From the NCBI GenBank assembly GCA_963778655.1, contig CAVZVA010000005.1:352001-416000 (forward strand): a DNA stretch of 64,000 nucleotides. The letters run 5' to 3'. The notes beneath the pieces were generated by a model, which was not told the origin of the DNA, did not search any database, and was given only the letters and a program-made list of their open reading frames with translations. Below are positions 34,018 through 42,695 of the stretch, piece by piece. The position numbers and the translations under genes were made by a program. How positions within the stretch are numbered: position 1 is the first letter of the stretch; every line of letters starts with the position of its first letter. The stretch comes from an uncultured delta proteobacterium. GTDB lineage: Bacteria; Myxococcota_A; Polyangia; Polyangiales; JAFGIB01.

Positions 34018-35520
34018 ATGAGCCTGAGCATCGAGCAACTGCTGTCGGCCTTGGCGCGCAAGGGCATTCCGCTGCCCTTCGAGATGGGCGCGTTCGTTCT
34101 GCTCGAGGCCACCGAGCAGGTGCTCGTGCTGGAGGCCACCTCGGATGCGCCGTCGCTGCCGCTGGTGGCGGCCGCCGAGGTGGAGCTCAGCGACGAGGGC
34201 GAAGTGTCGATCGGCGCCACGCCGCCCGCGGCCACGGAACAGGACGCCTGTCATGCGCTGGTCTCGCTGCTCGGCGACCTGCTGGTGCGCTCGGCGCCCG
34301 GTGTGCCGCCCATGCTGCTCGAGCTGGTCGAGCAGGGACCGAGCGACGGCCAATGGACGCTGCTGCGCCTGCGCGACGACCTCGAGGCCACGCTGGTCCC
34401 GCTCAACCGCGGCGCCATGCGCCGTGTCCTCGCCCGCTTGCTGCGCGAGGTGCGGCGCGACACGGGGCGCACCGCCGCCGCGTCCGTGTCCACGCCCGAC
34501 TCCGACGCCCTCGACGACGAGCTCGACGCGGTGCTGGGCACGCCGTCGCCCTCGCGCAGGCTGCGCCCGCGCGAGGACATCACGGCCGAGGTGGACCTCG
34601 ACGAGTTGCGCCCCGATCGCTCGGCGGACCCACCGGCGCGGGCGCCCGAGCGAACGCCCGCGACGCGGCCCGCGCGCAAGGCCAGGCCGCGCGCCACGCC
34701 CCCGCGCGCGGCGCTGGCGGCGCCGCGCGTGCCGCGCGAGCTCACGGCCGAGGCGGCGCGACCGGGCCACGGCGGGGTCGCCATGCTGGACGAGCTCGAG
34801 CATGCGATGTCGCGCGGAGGCGCCGGGGTCGGAGCGCGACTGGGTCTGGGGCTGGCGCTGCTGGCTGGCGTGCTGATCGCCGCGTACGTGATGCTCGGGC
34901 GCGACGGCGCGCGCTCGCTGCTCGGGCTGCGCGGCCCGGCGCCCACCAGCTCCGCGGCCGCGCCCAAGCCCGAGCACAAGCCCATGCCGCGAGTGGGCGA
35001 GCTGCGCGTGCAGAGCACCCCCGAGCGCGCGCAGGTGTTGATGCTGATCGGCGCCGGGCCGGCCGTAGCGCCCAAGCTACCCCTGGGCGTGGCCTACGAG
35101 TTCGTCGCAGTGGCACCCGGCCACGCGCCCTCGCGCGCGGTGGTCCCCGCCGACGCGCAGTGGCAGCACGAAGGGGGCGAGCCGCGCTACGAGCTGGCGC
35201 TGCAGCTGGGCGACGCCAGCCCGCACCACGGGGAGTGGGAGCTGGGGCCGACGCGCCTGCCGCAGGAGATGGGCAGCCCCGAGGCGCAGCTCGGCTCGGT
35301 GCGCGTGATCACCTCGCCGCCGGGCGCCAAGGTCTACCAGCTGATCGGCTTCACGCCCGACGTACGGGTGGAGAATCAGCCGATTGACGCGCCCGTGGAG
35401 CTGCTGGTCTACCTGGACGGCTACGGCGTGGCCAAGCTCAGCGCGAGCGCCGCCGACTACAAGCCGGAGGGTGACCACCTGGTCGCGAGCCTCAGCGCCA
35501 CGCTGACCAAGCACAAGTGA
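34018..35520 (+). CDS. Membrane protein: kinase-remnant-like N-terminus, TM, two PEGA-like domains
   Basis: IPLPFEMGAFV N-terminus; central TM; LRVQSTPERAQV and VRVITSPPGAKV PEGA starts. Confidence 0.7.
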   Translation: MSLSIEQLLSALARKGIPLPFEMGAFVLLEATEQVLVLEATSDAPSLPLVAAAEVELSDEGEVSIGATPPAATEQDACHALVSLLGDLLVRSAPGVPPMLLELVEQGPSDGQWTLLRLRDDLEATLVPLNRGAMRRVLARLLREVRRDTGRTAAASVSTPDSDALDDELDAVLGTPSPSRRLRPREDITAEVDLDELRPDRSADPPARAPERTPATRPARKARPRATPPRAALAAPRVPRELTAEAARPGHGGVAMLDELEHAMSRGGAGVGARLGLGLALLAGVLIAAYVMLGRDGARSLLGLRGPAPTSSAAAPKPEHKPMPRVGELRVQSTPERAQVLMLIGAGPAVAPKLPLGVAYEFVAVAPGHAPSRAVVPADAQWQHEGGEPRYELALQLGDASPHHGEWELGPTRLPQEMGSPEAQLGSVRVITSPPGAKVYQLIGFTPDVRVENQPIDAPVELLVYLDGYGVAKLSASAADYKPEGDHLVASLSATLTKHK

Positions 35521-35548
35521 CGTGGCGGGCCGCGGGCCGAGGACAAGA

Positions 35549-35612
35549 CAACAGCAAGACGGGAAGGCCAGAAGGCCAGATCCGCAGCCGGTCTTCCCGC
35601 TTCCTTTGAATC
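35549..35612. repeat. Palindromic REP-like element, copy 6 (degenerate)
   Basis: caacagcaagacgggaagg...gtcttcccgcttcctttgaatc. Confidence 0.8.
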
Positions 35613-35629
35613 GCTGGCTCGCTTGGCGC

Positions 35630-36983
35630 TCAGCCGCGGGCTTCCGTGACCACGCCCTCGACCTCGGCGCGGATGGTGTCCAGACGCGCCTGCGAGCCCG
35701 CCTCGAAGCGCAGCACCAGCGCGGGCTGCGTGTTGGAGGCGCGCACCAGACCCCAGCCGTCCTCGAACTTGATCCGCGCACCGTCGACGTCGAGCACCTC
35801 GTGCGTGGGCCGGAAGCGCTCCAGCACCCGACCGACCACGTCGAATTTGACCGCGTCGGGACAATCGACGCGGATCTCGGGCGTAGCGTAGGTCACGGGC
35901 ACGTCGGCCAGCAGCTCCGACAGGGGCTGGCCCGCGGCCGCCACGATTTCGAGCGCGCGAAGCGAGGCATAGATCGCGTCGTCGAAGCCGTAGTAGCGAT
36001 CCGCGAAGAACAGGTGCCCACTCATCTCGCCGGCCAGCAGCGCCGACTCCTCCTTCATCTTCTTCTTGATCAGCGAGTGGCCGGTCTTCCACACGATCGG
36101 GCGCCCGCCGTGGCTGGCAATGTCGTCGTACAGCGTCTGCGAGCACTTCACCTCGCCCAGAATCGGTGCCCCCGGATGCCGGCGCAGGATCTCGCGCGAG
36201 AACAGGATCAGGATGCGGTCGCCCCAGATGATCTCGCCGCGTTCGTCGATCAGTCCGAGTCGGTCGGCGTCGCCGTCGTAGGCGATGCCGAGCTCCAGCT
36301 GCTGGTCGCGCACGCGCTCGATCAGCGCGCTCAGGTTCTGCGGCATGGACGGGTCCGGGTGATGGTGGGGAAAGCGTTCCGTCCATCTCGCAGTACATGG
36401 CCTCGGGCGCGAGGCCAAGCGCGTGCATCGCCGCCAGCGCGAGCGGCCCCCCGGCGCCGTTGCCGGCGTCGACCGCAAAGCGCAGGTCCGTGCGCGCGAG
36501 CCGCAGATTGCCGCGCATGTAGCCGCAGTAGGCCGGCTGCGGGTCGTAGCTCTCGACCCGACCGCCGCCCGGGAGGTCGAAATCCTGGCGCGTGATCATC
36601 TCGCGCAGCGCGCGGATCTCGTCGCCCGCCAATGTCTGCTTGCCGCACATCAGCTTGAAGCCGTTTTCGTGCGGCGGATTGTGGCTGCCGGTGATCTGCA
36701 CGCCGCCCTCGAGGTCGCGGTGAAACACCCCGAAGTAGAGCAGCGGCGTGGGACCGATGCCCTGGTCGACCACGTGCATCCCCGCCTGCAGCAAGCCCTC
36801 GAGCAGCGCCGCGTGCAGCCGGTCCGAGCTCAGCCGGCAGTCGCGCCCGAGCGCCATCGAGCGCTTGCCCTGTCGCGCGAGGAAGCTGCCGAAGGCGCGT
36901 CCGAGGTCCCGCGCCAGCTCGTCGTCGAGATCGCGCTCGGCCTCGCCGCGGATGTCGTACTCTCGAAAGATAAGCGGATTCAT
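35630..36983 (-). pseudogene. Phosphomannomutase/phosphoglucomutase (AlgC/ManB-like) split by a 1-nt insertion near 36374-36378 (real frameshift or sequencing error)
   Basis: FREYDIRG and TGSHNP lie in the 35457..36983 frame; FPHHHPDP, DGDADR, GEMSGH and RASNTQP lie in the 35630..36478 frame. Confidence 0.88.
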
Positions 36984-37023
36984 GTCGGCTCCATCGGTGG
37001 CGGCCGCTCCGGGCCGCGTTGAT

Positions 37024-38133
37024 TCAGAGATGGCGCGTGCGGCCGCGGGCCCTCAGCGTCTTGACCACCTGGCCGACGTCCTGGGCGCGGTCGCGCGGCA
37101 CCACCAGCAGCGCGTCAGGCGTGTCGACCACCACCAAGTCCTCGACCCCCAGCAGCACCACCAGCTTGTCCGGCGCGGCGCTGACCAGGCAACCGCCGGC
37201 GTCGATCGCCAGCAACTCGGCGCGCGCCGCATTGCCTTCGGGGTCCTTGGCGGCGAGCGCCCAGGCGGCGCCCCAGCTGCCCAGGTCGTCCCAGCCGAAG
37301 GCGGCCGGCACCACCACGATACCGTCGGTCTTTTCCATCACGCCGTAGTCGATCGACACGGCCTGCAACGCCGGATAGCTCTCGGCCACCACGGCCTGCT
37401 CGGCGCCGGCGTCCTGCGCGTGCTCGCAGCGCGCCACGAAGGCGCCGAGCTCGGGCAGGTGGCGCGCGATCGCGCGCAGGATCACGTCCGCGCGGAAAAA
37501 GAACATGCCGCTATTCCACAGATGCCGGCCGCTCTGCGCGAAGCGCTGTGCGCGCTCGCGGTCGGGCTTCTCGATGAACGCGTCGACCCGGTGCACGCCC
37601 TCGCTGACCGGCTCGCCGACCTCGAGATAGCCGTAGCCCGTCTCCGCGCGCGAGGGCTTGACGCCCAGCGTCGCGATCGCGCCGCCGGCTGCCGCCTGTA
37701 GCGCGCGCTCCAGCGCGGCCTGAAACAGGCGCTCGTCCCCGATGTGGGGGTCGGCCGGTAGCGCCGCGATCACGCCCCGCGGGGCGCGCTTGCGGATGCG
37801 CGCGGCGGCCCACGCCAGGCATGGCGCGGTGTTGCGTCCGAGCGGCTCGAGCAGCAGGTTCTGCTCCGGCAACCCGGGTAGCTGCTCGCGCGCCAGCGCA
37901 CCGTGCGGCTCGCCGGTCACGACCAGCACACGCGGGAGCCCGACCAGCGCGGCGGCGCGCCGTACGCTGGCTTGCAGCAGGCTCTCCGCCGAGCCGGCCA
38001 GCTGCAGGAACTGCTTGGGCCGGGCGGCTCGCGACGCGGGCCAGAAGCGCGTGCCCGAGCCCCCCGCCATCACCACGGCGAAGCACTCCGGCGGCGCTTC
38101 GCCGGCGCGGTCAGCGGCGGGCTTGGACGACAT
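37024..38133 (-). CDS. manC: Mannose-1-phosphate guanylyltransferase
   Basis: MAGGSGTRFWP.SR..PKQFL, EPLGRNTA, TGYGY, FIEKP, WNSGMF, SIDYGVME, WDDLGSW. Confidence 0.95.
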   Translation of the reverse strand: MSSKPAADRAGEAPPECFAVVMAGGSGTRFWPASRAARPKQFLQLAGSAESLLQASVRRAAALVGLPRVLVVTGEPHGALAREQLPGLPEQNLLLEPLGRNTAPCLAWAAARIRKRAPRGVIAALPADPHIGDERLFQAALERALQAAAGGAIATLGVKPSRAETGYGYLEVGEPVSEGVHRVDAFIEKPDRERAQRFAQSGRHLWNSGMFFFRADVILRAIARHLPELGAFVARCEHAQDAGAEQAVVAESYPALQAVSIDYGVMEKTDGIVVVPAAFGWDDLGSWGAAWALAAKDPEGNAARAELLAIDAGGCLVSAAPDKLVVLLGVEDLVVVDTPDALLVVPRDRAQDVGQVVKTLRARGRTRHL

Positions 38134-38256
38134 GGCGGGGCAGGCTAAGGGCAGCTCGCGCGCGGTGCAAGCCGGCGACCGCGCAAACCCCGGCGCCCGG
38201 CGCGAGCCGGGGCGAAAAGCGACCGAAGCTCGCGCCGGCGAAGGTCCCGCACGCGC

Positions 38257-39501
38257 TCAGAAGCCGGCCAGCACGCTCAGGGTGCCGAGCACGGCGGTGG
38301 TGTTGGGCACCTCCGCGCGGTCGTAGTGGAAGTGGTCGAACCAGCTCTTGAGCAGGTCGGCGCCGAGCACGATGTCGAGCCCGCTCAGCAAGCCCAGCAC
38401 CTCGCCCTGGGCATCGGGCGGCACCGACCAGGTGACCTGTCCGCCCAGCAGCGCGCTGCTCATGGGCGAGAGCTCTCTGTCTCCGGTGAAGTACTGGCCC
38501 TTGGGATCGAGCACGTAGTCGTCGGAGTAGAACGCGGCGCCGCTCTGCAGGTAGTAGCGGCCGCGCGCGCGGAAGCGCAGCCCCTGGCCGAGCGTCTGCT
38601 CGTAGCCCAGCTCGGCGCTGAGCGAGCGGATGTTCCAGGTGTCGCGATAGGCGCGCAGCTGCGGCTGCAGCGCGCCCGACAGCGGCGCGATCCAGATGCG
38701 TAGCCCGACCCCGAGCGCATAGCGCGCCCGGTCGTTGGGATGGTGCTCCTGGGCCGCGCTGCGGCCGATGCGCACAGCGCGATACGGATTGGCCTGGAAG
38801 CCGTGCAGGAACTGCGCGCTGGCGATCGCCTGCATGCTCAGCACCGGCGTCCACTGCTGGGTCCAGGCGGCTTGCAGCGTCTGCATCCCCAACGCGCGCG
38901 AGTGGCGATCCTTGCGGGCGGAGTTGAAGCAGCCGTCGGAGGAATCGAGCCGCGCCTTGAGCACCGGCTCGCCGGCATTGGGCCCGTCGCAGACCCGATC
39001 GAAGGCGCGGGCGTAGGTGATCTCCAGCGTGGTGTCGCGGTCGAACAGGTCGGTGCGCGCGCTCGCGTCGAAGGAATTGGAGCGATAGTCGTTCTCGATC
39101 CCGTAGTGATAGTCGCCCGACAGCGTGCTCTGACCGTCGCGGACGCTGAGCCCGCCGCCGACCACGTGGCGCACGTCGTGCACGCTGGCGCTGCTGATCG
39201 CGTCCACGTTGGCCGCGGGCGCGTCGACCACCGCCACGCTGGCACCACTGACCACGTCCGCGGTGTAGGCGGCGTTGACCGCCACGCCGTTGGTCAGGTT
39301 CACGTCCGCGTCCAGCTCTGGGGTGATCACGGTCATGTCGAGCGTGCCGCCGCCCTCGTGGAAGATCGACGAGCCGACCCCGATCTGCGCCCGGCCCGCG
39401 CCCTCGGCCTGGGCGCGCGCCTGGCCGGGCGTGAGCGCCGCGAGCCACAGCGCCGCGCACAGCCATGCTGCGAGGCGGCGCGGGCGCAAAGCTAGTTGCA
39501 T
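38257..39501 (-). CDS. DUF3570 outer-membrane beta-barrel protein
   Basis: Signal peptide; DVVSGAS and DAISSAS motifs; ENDYRS, GFQANPYR, E.HP..R.R, Y.DTW; C-terminal Phe. Confidence 0.85.
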   Translation of the reverse strand: MQLALRPRRLAAWLCAALWLAALTPGQARAQAEGAGRAQIGVGSSIFHEGGGTLDMTVITPELDADVNLTNGVAVNAAYTADVVSGASVAVVDAPAANVDAISSASVHDVRHVVGGGLSVRDGQSTLSGDYHYGIENDYRSNSFDASARTDLFDRDTTLEITYARAFDRVCDGPNAGEPVLKARLDSSDGCFNSARKDRHSRALGMQTLQAAWTQQWTPVLSMQAIASAQFLHGFQANPYRAVRIGRSAAQEHHPNDRARYALGVGLRIWIAPLSGALQPQLRAYRDTWNIRSLSAELGYEQTLGQGLRFRARGRYYLQSGAAFYSDDYVLDPKGQYFTGDRELSPMSSALLGGQVTWSVPPDAQGEVLGLLSGLDIVLGADLLKSWFDHFHYDRAEVPNTTAVLGTLSVLAGF

Positions 39502-39806
39502 CCGCAGCCGCCTCCGCGCGCGTTGCCCGCGCCGTACGACCCCTCGCGGTTGTCGAGCATGTGCTCCTCGTGACTCTGGGCCATGCCCCCCGCGGTGAAG
39601 GTCATCGACGGCTCGGCCAGCCGCTCCTTCTCCTCCGGACGCACGGTGGCGCAGCCGTCGAGCACGAGCGTGAACGCCAGCAGCAGGGCGACCACGGCCG
39701 CGCGCGCGACGTCGGTCCGAGCGCGCGCCGGCGACTCAAAAGAACACGGTGAGGCCTGCACTGAGCTCCTCCTGAGAAACGGTGCGGTCGGGCTGGAAGA
39801 ACACAT
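39492..39806 (-). CDS. DUF4266 small lipoprotein (true start probably downstream, e.g. GTG 39695)
   Basis: GCATVRPEEKERLA..M and C-terminal REGS.G....GGGCGCN. Confidence 0.85.
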   Translation of the reverse strand: MCSSSPTAPFLRRSSVQASPCSFESPARARTDVARAAVVALLLAFTLVLDGCATVRPEEKERLAEPSMTFTAGGMAQSHEEHMLDNREGSYGAGNARGGGCGCN

Positions 39807-40533
39807 ACGAGCGCGCCTCCAGACGCAATGTCAGGCGGTAGCGGAAGCCGATGCGCAGCCCCGCTCCGGCGCTCATGGTGGCGATGCTGCCCGACCTGAG
39901 CAAAAAGGTGTCGGCGTTCGGGCTGCTGGCGGTGACGCCGCCCTGCAGCGTGGCGAAGGGCACGACCGGCGAGCTGGGGAACACGTTCACCACCGGCCCG
40001 AGCGTGGCCAGCAGCAACCTTCCGCCGCTGGCGACCGCGGCCGCCCCGCTGAGCTCGAAGCCGAAGGCCGGGTCGAGCAGCAGCGTGGGGCGCACTGCGA
40101 GCATCCCGCCGCCGGCGAGCATGCCGGCGGTGATCGCGATCTCGCCATGCGCGCCCGGCAGCGGCGGAGGCGCGAACAACCACGGCAGAAAGCGGCCGCC
40201 GTGCGCCTCCTCGTCGCCGACCTCGAGGTTGTAGACCAGATCGCCGGGGATCCAGCCGCGGGTCGAATCGGGCAGCTCGATCTGGAACCAGTAACCCTGG
40301 GTCGCGCGCGCGCGAATCGGGAACACCTGATCGCGCTGGGCGGCGTATACGCGGCGAAAGCCGAGCCCGGGGCCCGCGCGCACGATCGCGGTCTCGACGA
40401 TCACGCGCGCGTAGGGCTGCACCTCGGCCAGGCAGCGCGCCGGCTGCAAGCCAGCGAGCAAGGCCGCGGCCGCGGCCCACAGGCAGGTGCCGCGGCAGGC
40501 CGCGGCTCGCGTGCTGGGGCCCGGCCGGCTCAT
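39736..40533 (-). CDS. SH3-domain plus outer-membrane beta-barrel protein
   Basis: VRAGPG, W.QIEL...RGWI SH3b motif; amphipathic strands ending SAGLTVFF. Confidence 0.8.
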   Translation of the reverse strand: MSRPGPSTRAAACRGTCLWAAAAALLAGLQPARCLAEVQPYARVIVETAIVRAGPGLGFRRVYAAQRDQVFPIRARATQGYWFQIELPDSTRGWIPGDLVYNLEVGDEEAHGGRFLPWLFAPPPLPGAHGEIAITAGMLAGGGMLAVRPTLLLDPAFGFELSGAAAVASGGRLLLATLGPVVNVFPSSPVVPFATLQGGVTASSPNADTFLLRSGSIATMSAGAGLRIGFRYRLTLRLEARSYVFFQPDRTVSQEELSAGLTVFF

Positions 40534-41027
40534 GGGTTCGCGCCCGAGATCCATTCCACGATCAGCTTGGCGGCCTCGTCGTTCTCGCCGAAGATCGCGC
40601 GCGGGTGCGAAGCGTGATTGAGCGGCCGCAAGTACAGTGGGCTGCTGAGCGGGTCCGACTGCACGCTGAAGCGCACGGCGTCGAGGTTGGACTGGTACGC
40701 GTCCGGAATCGCGTCGGTCACGGCGCCGTTCTTGTCGCAGGGTGGGGGCGCGTCGGTCGCCATCAGGCGCAGCGACGAGCGCGTGTCGTGGCAGCTGCCC
40801 TGCTCGCCGGAGCCTCCGCTGGCGCAGGAGTACTTGGTCAGCACGTCGGGCTGGATCCGGCAGTAGAAGAACGCGTCGTCGAGCTGAAGCTGGGGCGCGA
40901 CGAAATCGTCTCCCAAATCGACCGAGCCGAGCACTCCATTTTCGCGTGCTGGACCGCAACCGAGCAAGAGCAGGGCGAGCAGGGCGAGCTTCCGTCCAGG
41001 ACGCCCGTGAAGCGTTGCGGACCGCAC
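40530..41027 (-). CDS. Lipoprotein with cytochrome-c-like pattern and CX10CH motif (start uncertain)
   Basis: LLLGC lipobox; F...IQP.V...CASGGSGEQGSCH...DP.SSPL...H...I.EWI. Confidence 0.65.
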   Translation of the reverse strand: MRSATLHGRPGRKLALLALLLLGCGPARENGVLGSVDLGDDFVAPQLQLDDAFFYCRIQPDVLTKYSCASGGSGEQGSCHDTRSSLRLMATDAPPPCDKNGAVTDAIPDAYQSNLDAVRFSVQSDPLSSPLYLRPLNHASHPRAIFGENDEAAKLIVEWISGANP

Positions 41028-41257
41028 TGCAGCAGAGTGCCGAACGCTTCCGGGCCGGTCAACGCAGGGTTTTCTGGCACTTCTTCCCCACCTGAGCGTG
41101 TGAACAACGGGCACCAGGTAGGCGTCTGAGCCCCGTGGCCGGCCACGGACGGCCTGCGGCGGCGCCGGCACCGGCGCCGGCTTGAGGGTGCGGTGCAAGT
41201 GGGATACCGTGACCTACTTGTAGGAGGCTAAGTGCCTCTGGTGGAGTGGAGGAACCG

Positions 41258-42229
41258 ATGAAGCGCGTTCTCGTGACAGTGCTCACGGCCGTCTTGGCGG
41301 TCGGTCTGGCCGCAACTGGCGCCGAGGCGAAGAAGGGCTCGAAGAAGAAGAAGAAGGCCCAAGCGGTCCCGACCAGCCAGAAGATCGCCGAGTCGATGGG
41401 CAACATCCACTGGGGCATGACCAAAGACGAGCTGATGAAGTACTTCACCGACAAGCTCAGAGAGAAGTACCGCCCGCTGCTTGCCAAGGCCAAGGACGCG
41501 GTCGAGGACGATAACCTGCGCCAGCAGGCGCGCCGGGAGCTGGACGCGCTGAACAAGGGCTACGTCGAGTTCGACGGGCATTCGACCGGCTGGGACGTGA
41601 GCTTCCTGAAGGGCGAGTTTACCCAGGGCAACGACGAATCGATGATCGTCGTGCGTGACGGCAACTCGCAGAACTTCTACTTCATGATCGGCGGCAAGCT
41701 GTGGAAGTGGTACAAGGCCTTCGACGCCTCGGTCTTCCCGGCGGGTAACTTCGACACCTTCGCCGGGTCAGTGCAGCGCCGCTTCGGCAACGGCAAGGAC
41801 GTCGAGGGCGAGGTGCGGCCGGGTGAAGGGCGGCGGCACTGGATCGAGTGGCAGGACAAGCAGACGCGCCTGCGCGCCGTGGACGAGACCGGCTTCTACG
41901 GGTTCTACTCCCTGGTGTTCGAAGAGAAGGCCACGGTCGACAAGCTGGCGCGCCTGCGCAGCCACGACGATCGCTCTCAGAGCGGGGAAAAGACCAACTC
42001 GCTCGTCGACGCCGTAACCTCCGATCGCTCGGGCAACCCCGACGACTCGCCGAACATCGTCGACCGCATCACCGGCCGCCTGCACCAGAATGCGGCTCCG
42101 TCGCAAGGCTCCGAGGAAGCCTCCGCCGGCAAGACCAAGACCAAGAGCAAGGCCAAGAGCTCTTCGAGCTCCAGCGAGGGCTCGGGCGTCACCAACGAGA
42201 ACGACCCGATCTCCGGCTTGGGGCTCTGA
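41258..42229 (+). CDS. Hypothetical exported protein
   Basis: GGAGG RBS; signal peptide ending AEA; Lys-rich segment; WGM motif; tail NDPISGLGL. Confidence 0.8.
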   Translation: MKRVLVTVLTAVLAVGLAATGAEAKKGSKKKKKAQAVPTSQKIAESMGNIHWGMTKDELMKYFTDKLREKYRPLLAKAKDAVEDDNLRQQARRELDALNKGYVEFDGHSTGWDVSFLKGEFTQGNDESMIVVRDGNSQNFYFMIGGKLWKWYKAFDASVFPAGNFDTFAGSVQRRFGNGKDVEGEVRPGEGRRHWIEWQDKQTRLRAVDETGFYGFYSLVFEEKATVDKLARLRSHDDRSQSGEKTNSLVDAVTSDRSGNPDDSPNIVDRITGRLHQNAAPSQGSEEASAGKTKTKSKAKSSSSSSEGSGVTNENDPISGLGL

Positions 42230-42298
42230 GCCGCCGGCGAGAGCACGGGTCGCGATTGGTTGGTGGTGACCCGCCGTCGTCATCCACGTAGACGAGCC

Positions 42299-42381
42299 TC
42301 GTAGTCGTGCGCGTGCTCACCCACGGACGCAGTGCAGCGACCAGCTTGGACGGGCGCGACTACGCACGCGCACGACTACGA
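42299..42381. repeat. 18-bp perfect inverted repeat between convergent genes
   Basis: tcgtagtcgtgcgcgtgc (42299-42316) / gcacgcgcacgactacga (42364-42381). Confidence 0.85.
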
Positions 42382-42430
42382 TACGACTACCCGCACCCAC
42401 TCTTGTGGCGTAAGCGGCGCCTCTAGCCAG

Positions 42431-42679
42431 TCAGCTGCCCTCGCGGGTCTCGATCTCGATGTCCTGGCCCAGCGCGCGCCGCAGCGCGGGCTCGACGATC
42501 CGGCTGAGCGTGTAGGGCTTACCCGGGCATCCGCCGCAGGCGCCGGACAAGCGCAACACGATCCGCGATTCCGCGACCTCGATCAGCTCGATGCGCCCCC
42601 CGTCGGCCTCGATCAGAGGCCGCAGGTACTCGGCGATCAGCTTCTCGACCTCTTCCTGCACCCCTCGAGGGTACACCAA
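42431..42679 (-). CDS. NifU-like (Nfu) Fe-S scaffold domain protein
   Basis: RP.IEADGG.I.L, L.GACGGCP. Confidence 0.9.
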   Translation of the reverse strand: MVYPRGVQEEVEKLIAEYLRPLIEADGGRIELIEVAESRIVLRLSGACGGCPGKPYTLSRIVEPALRRALGQDIEIETREGS

Positions 42680-42695
42680 GACGGCGCCCGCGCTC

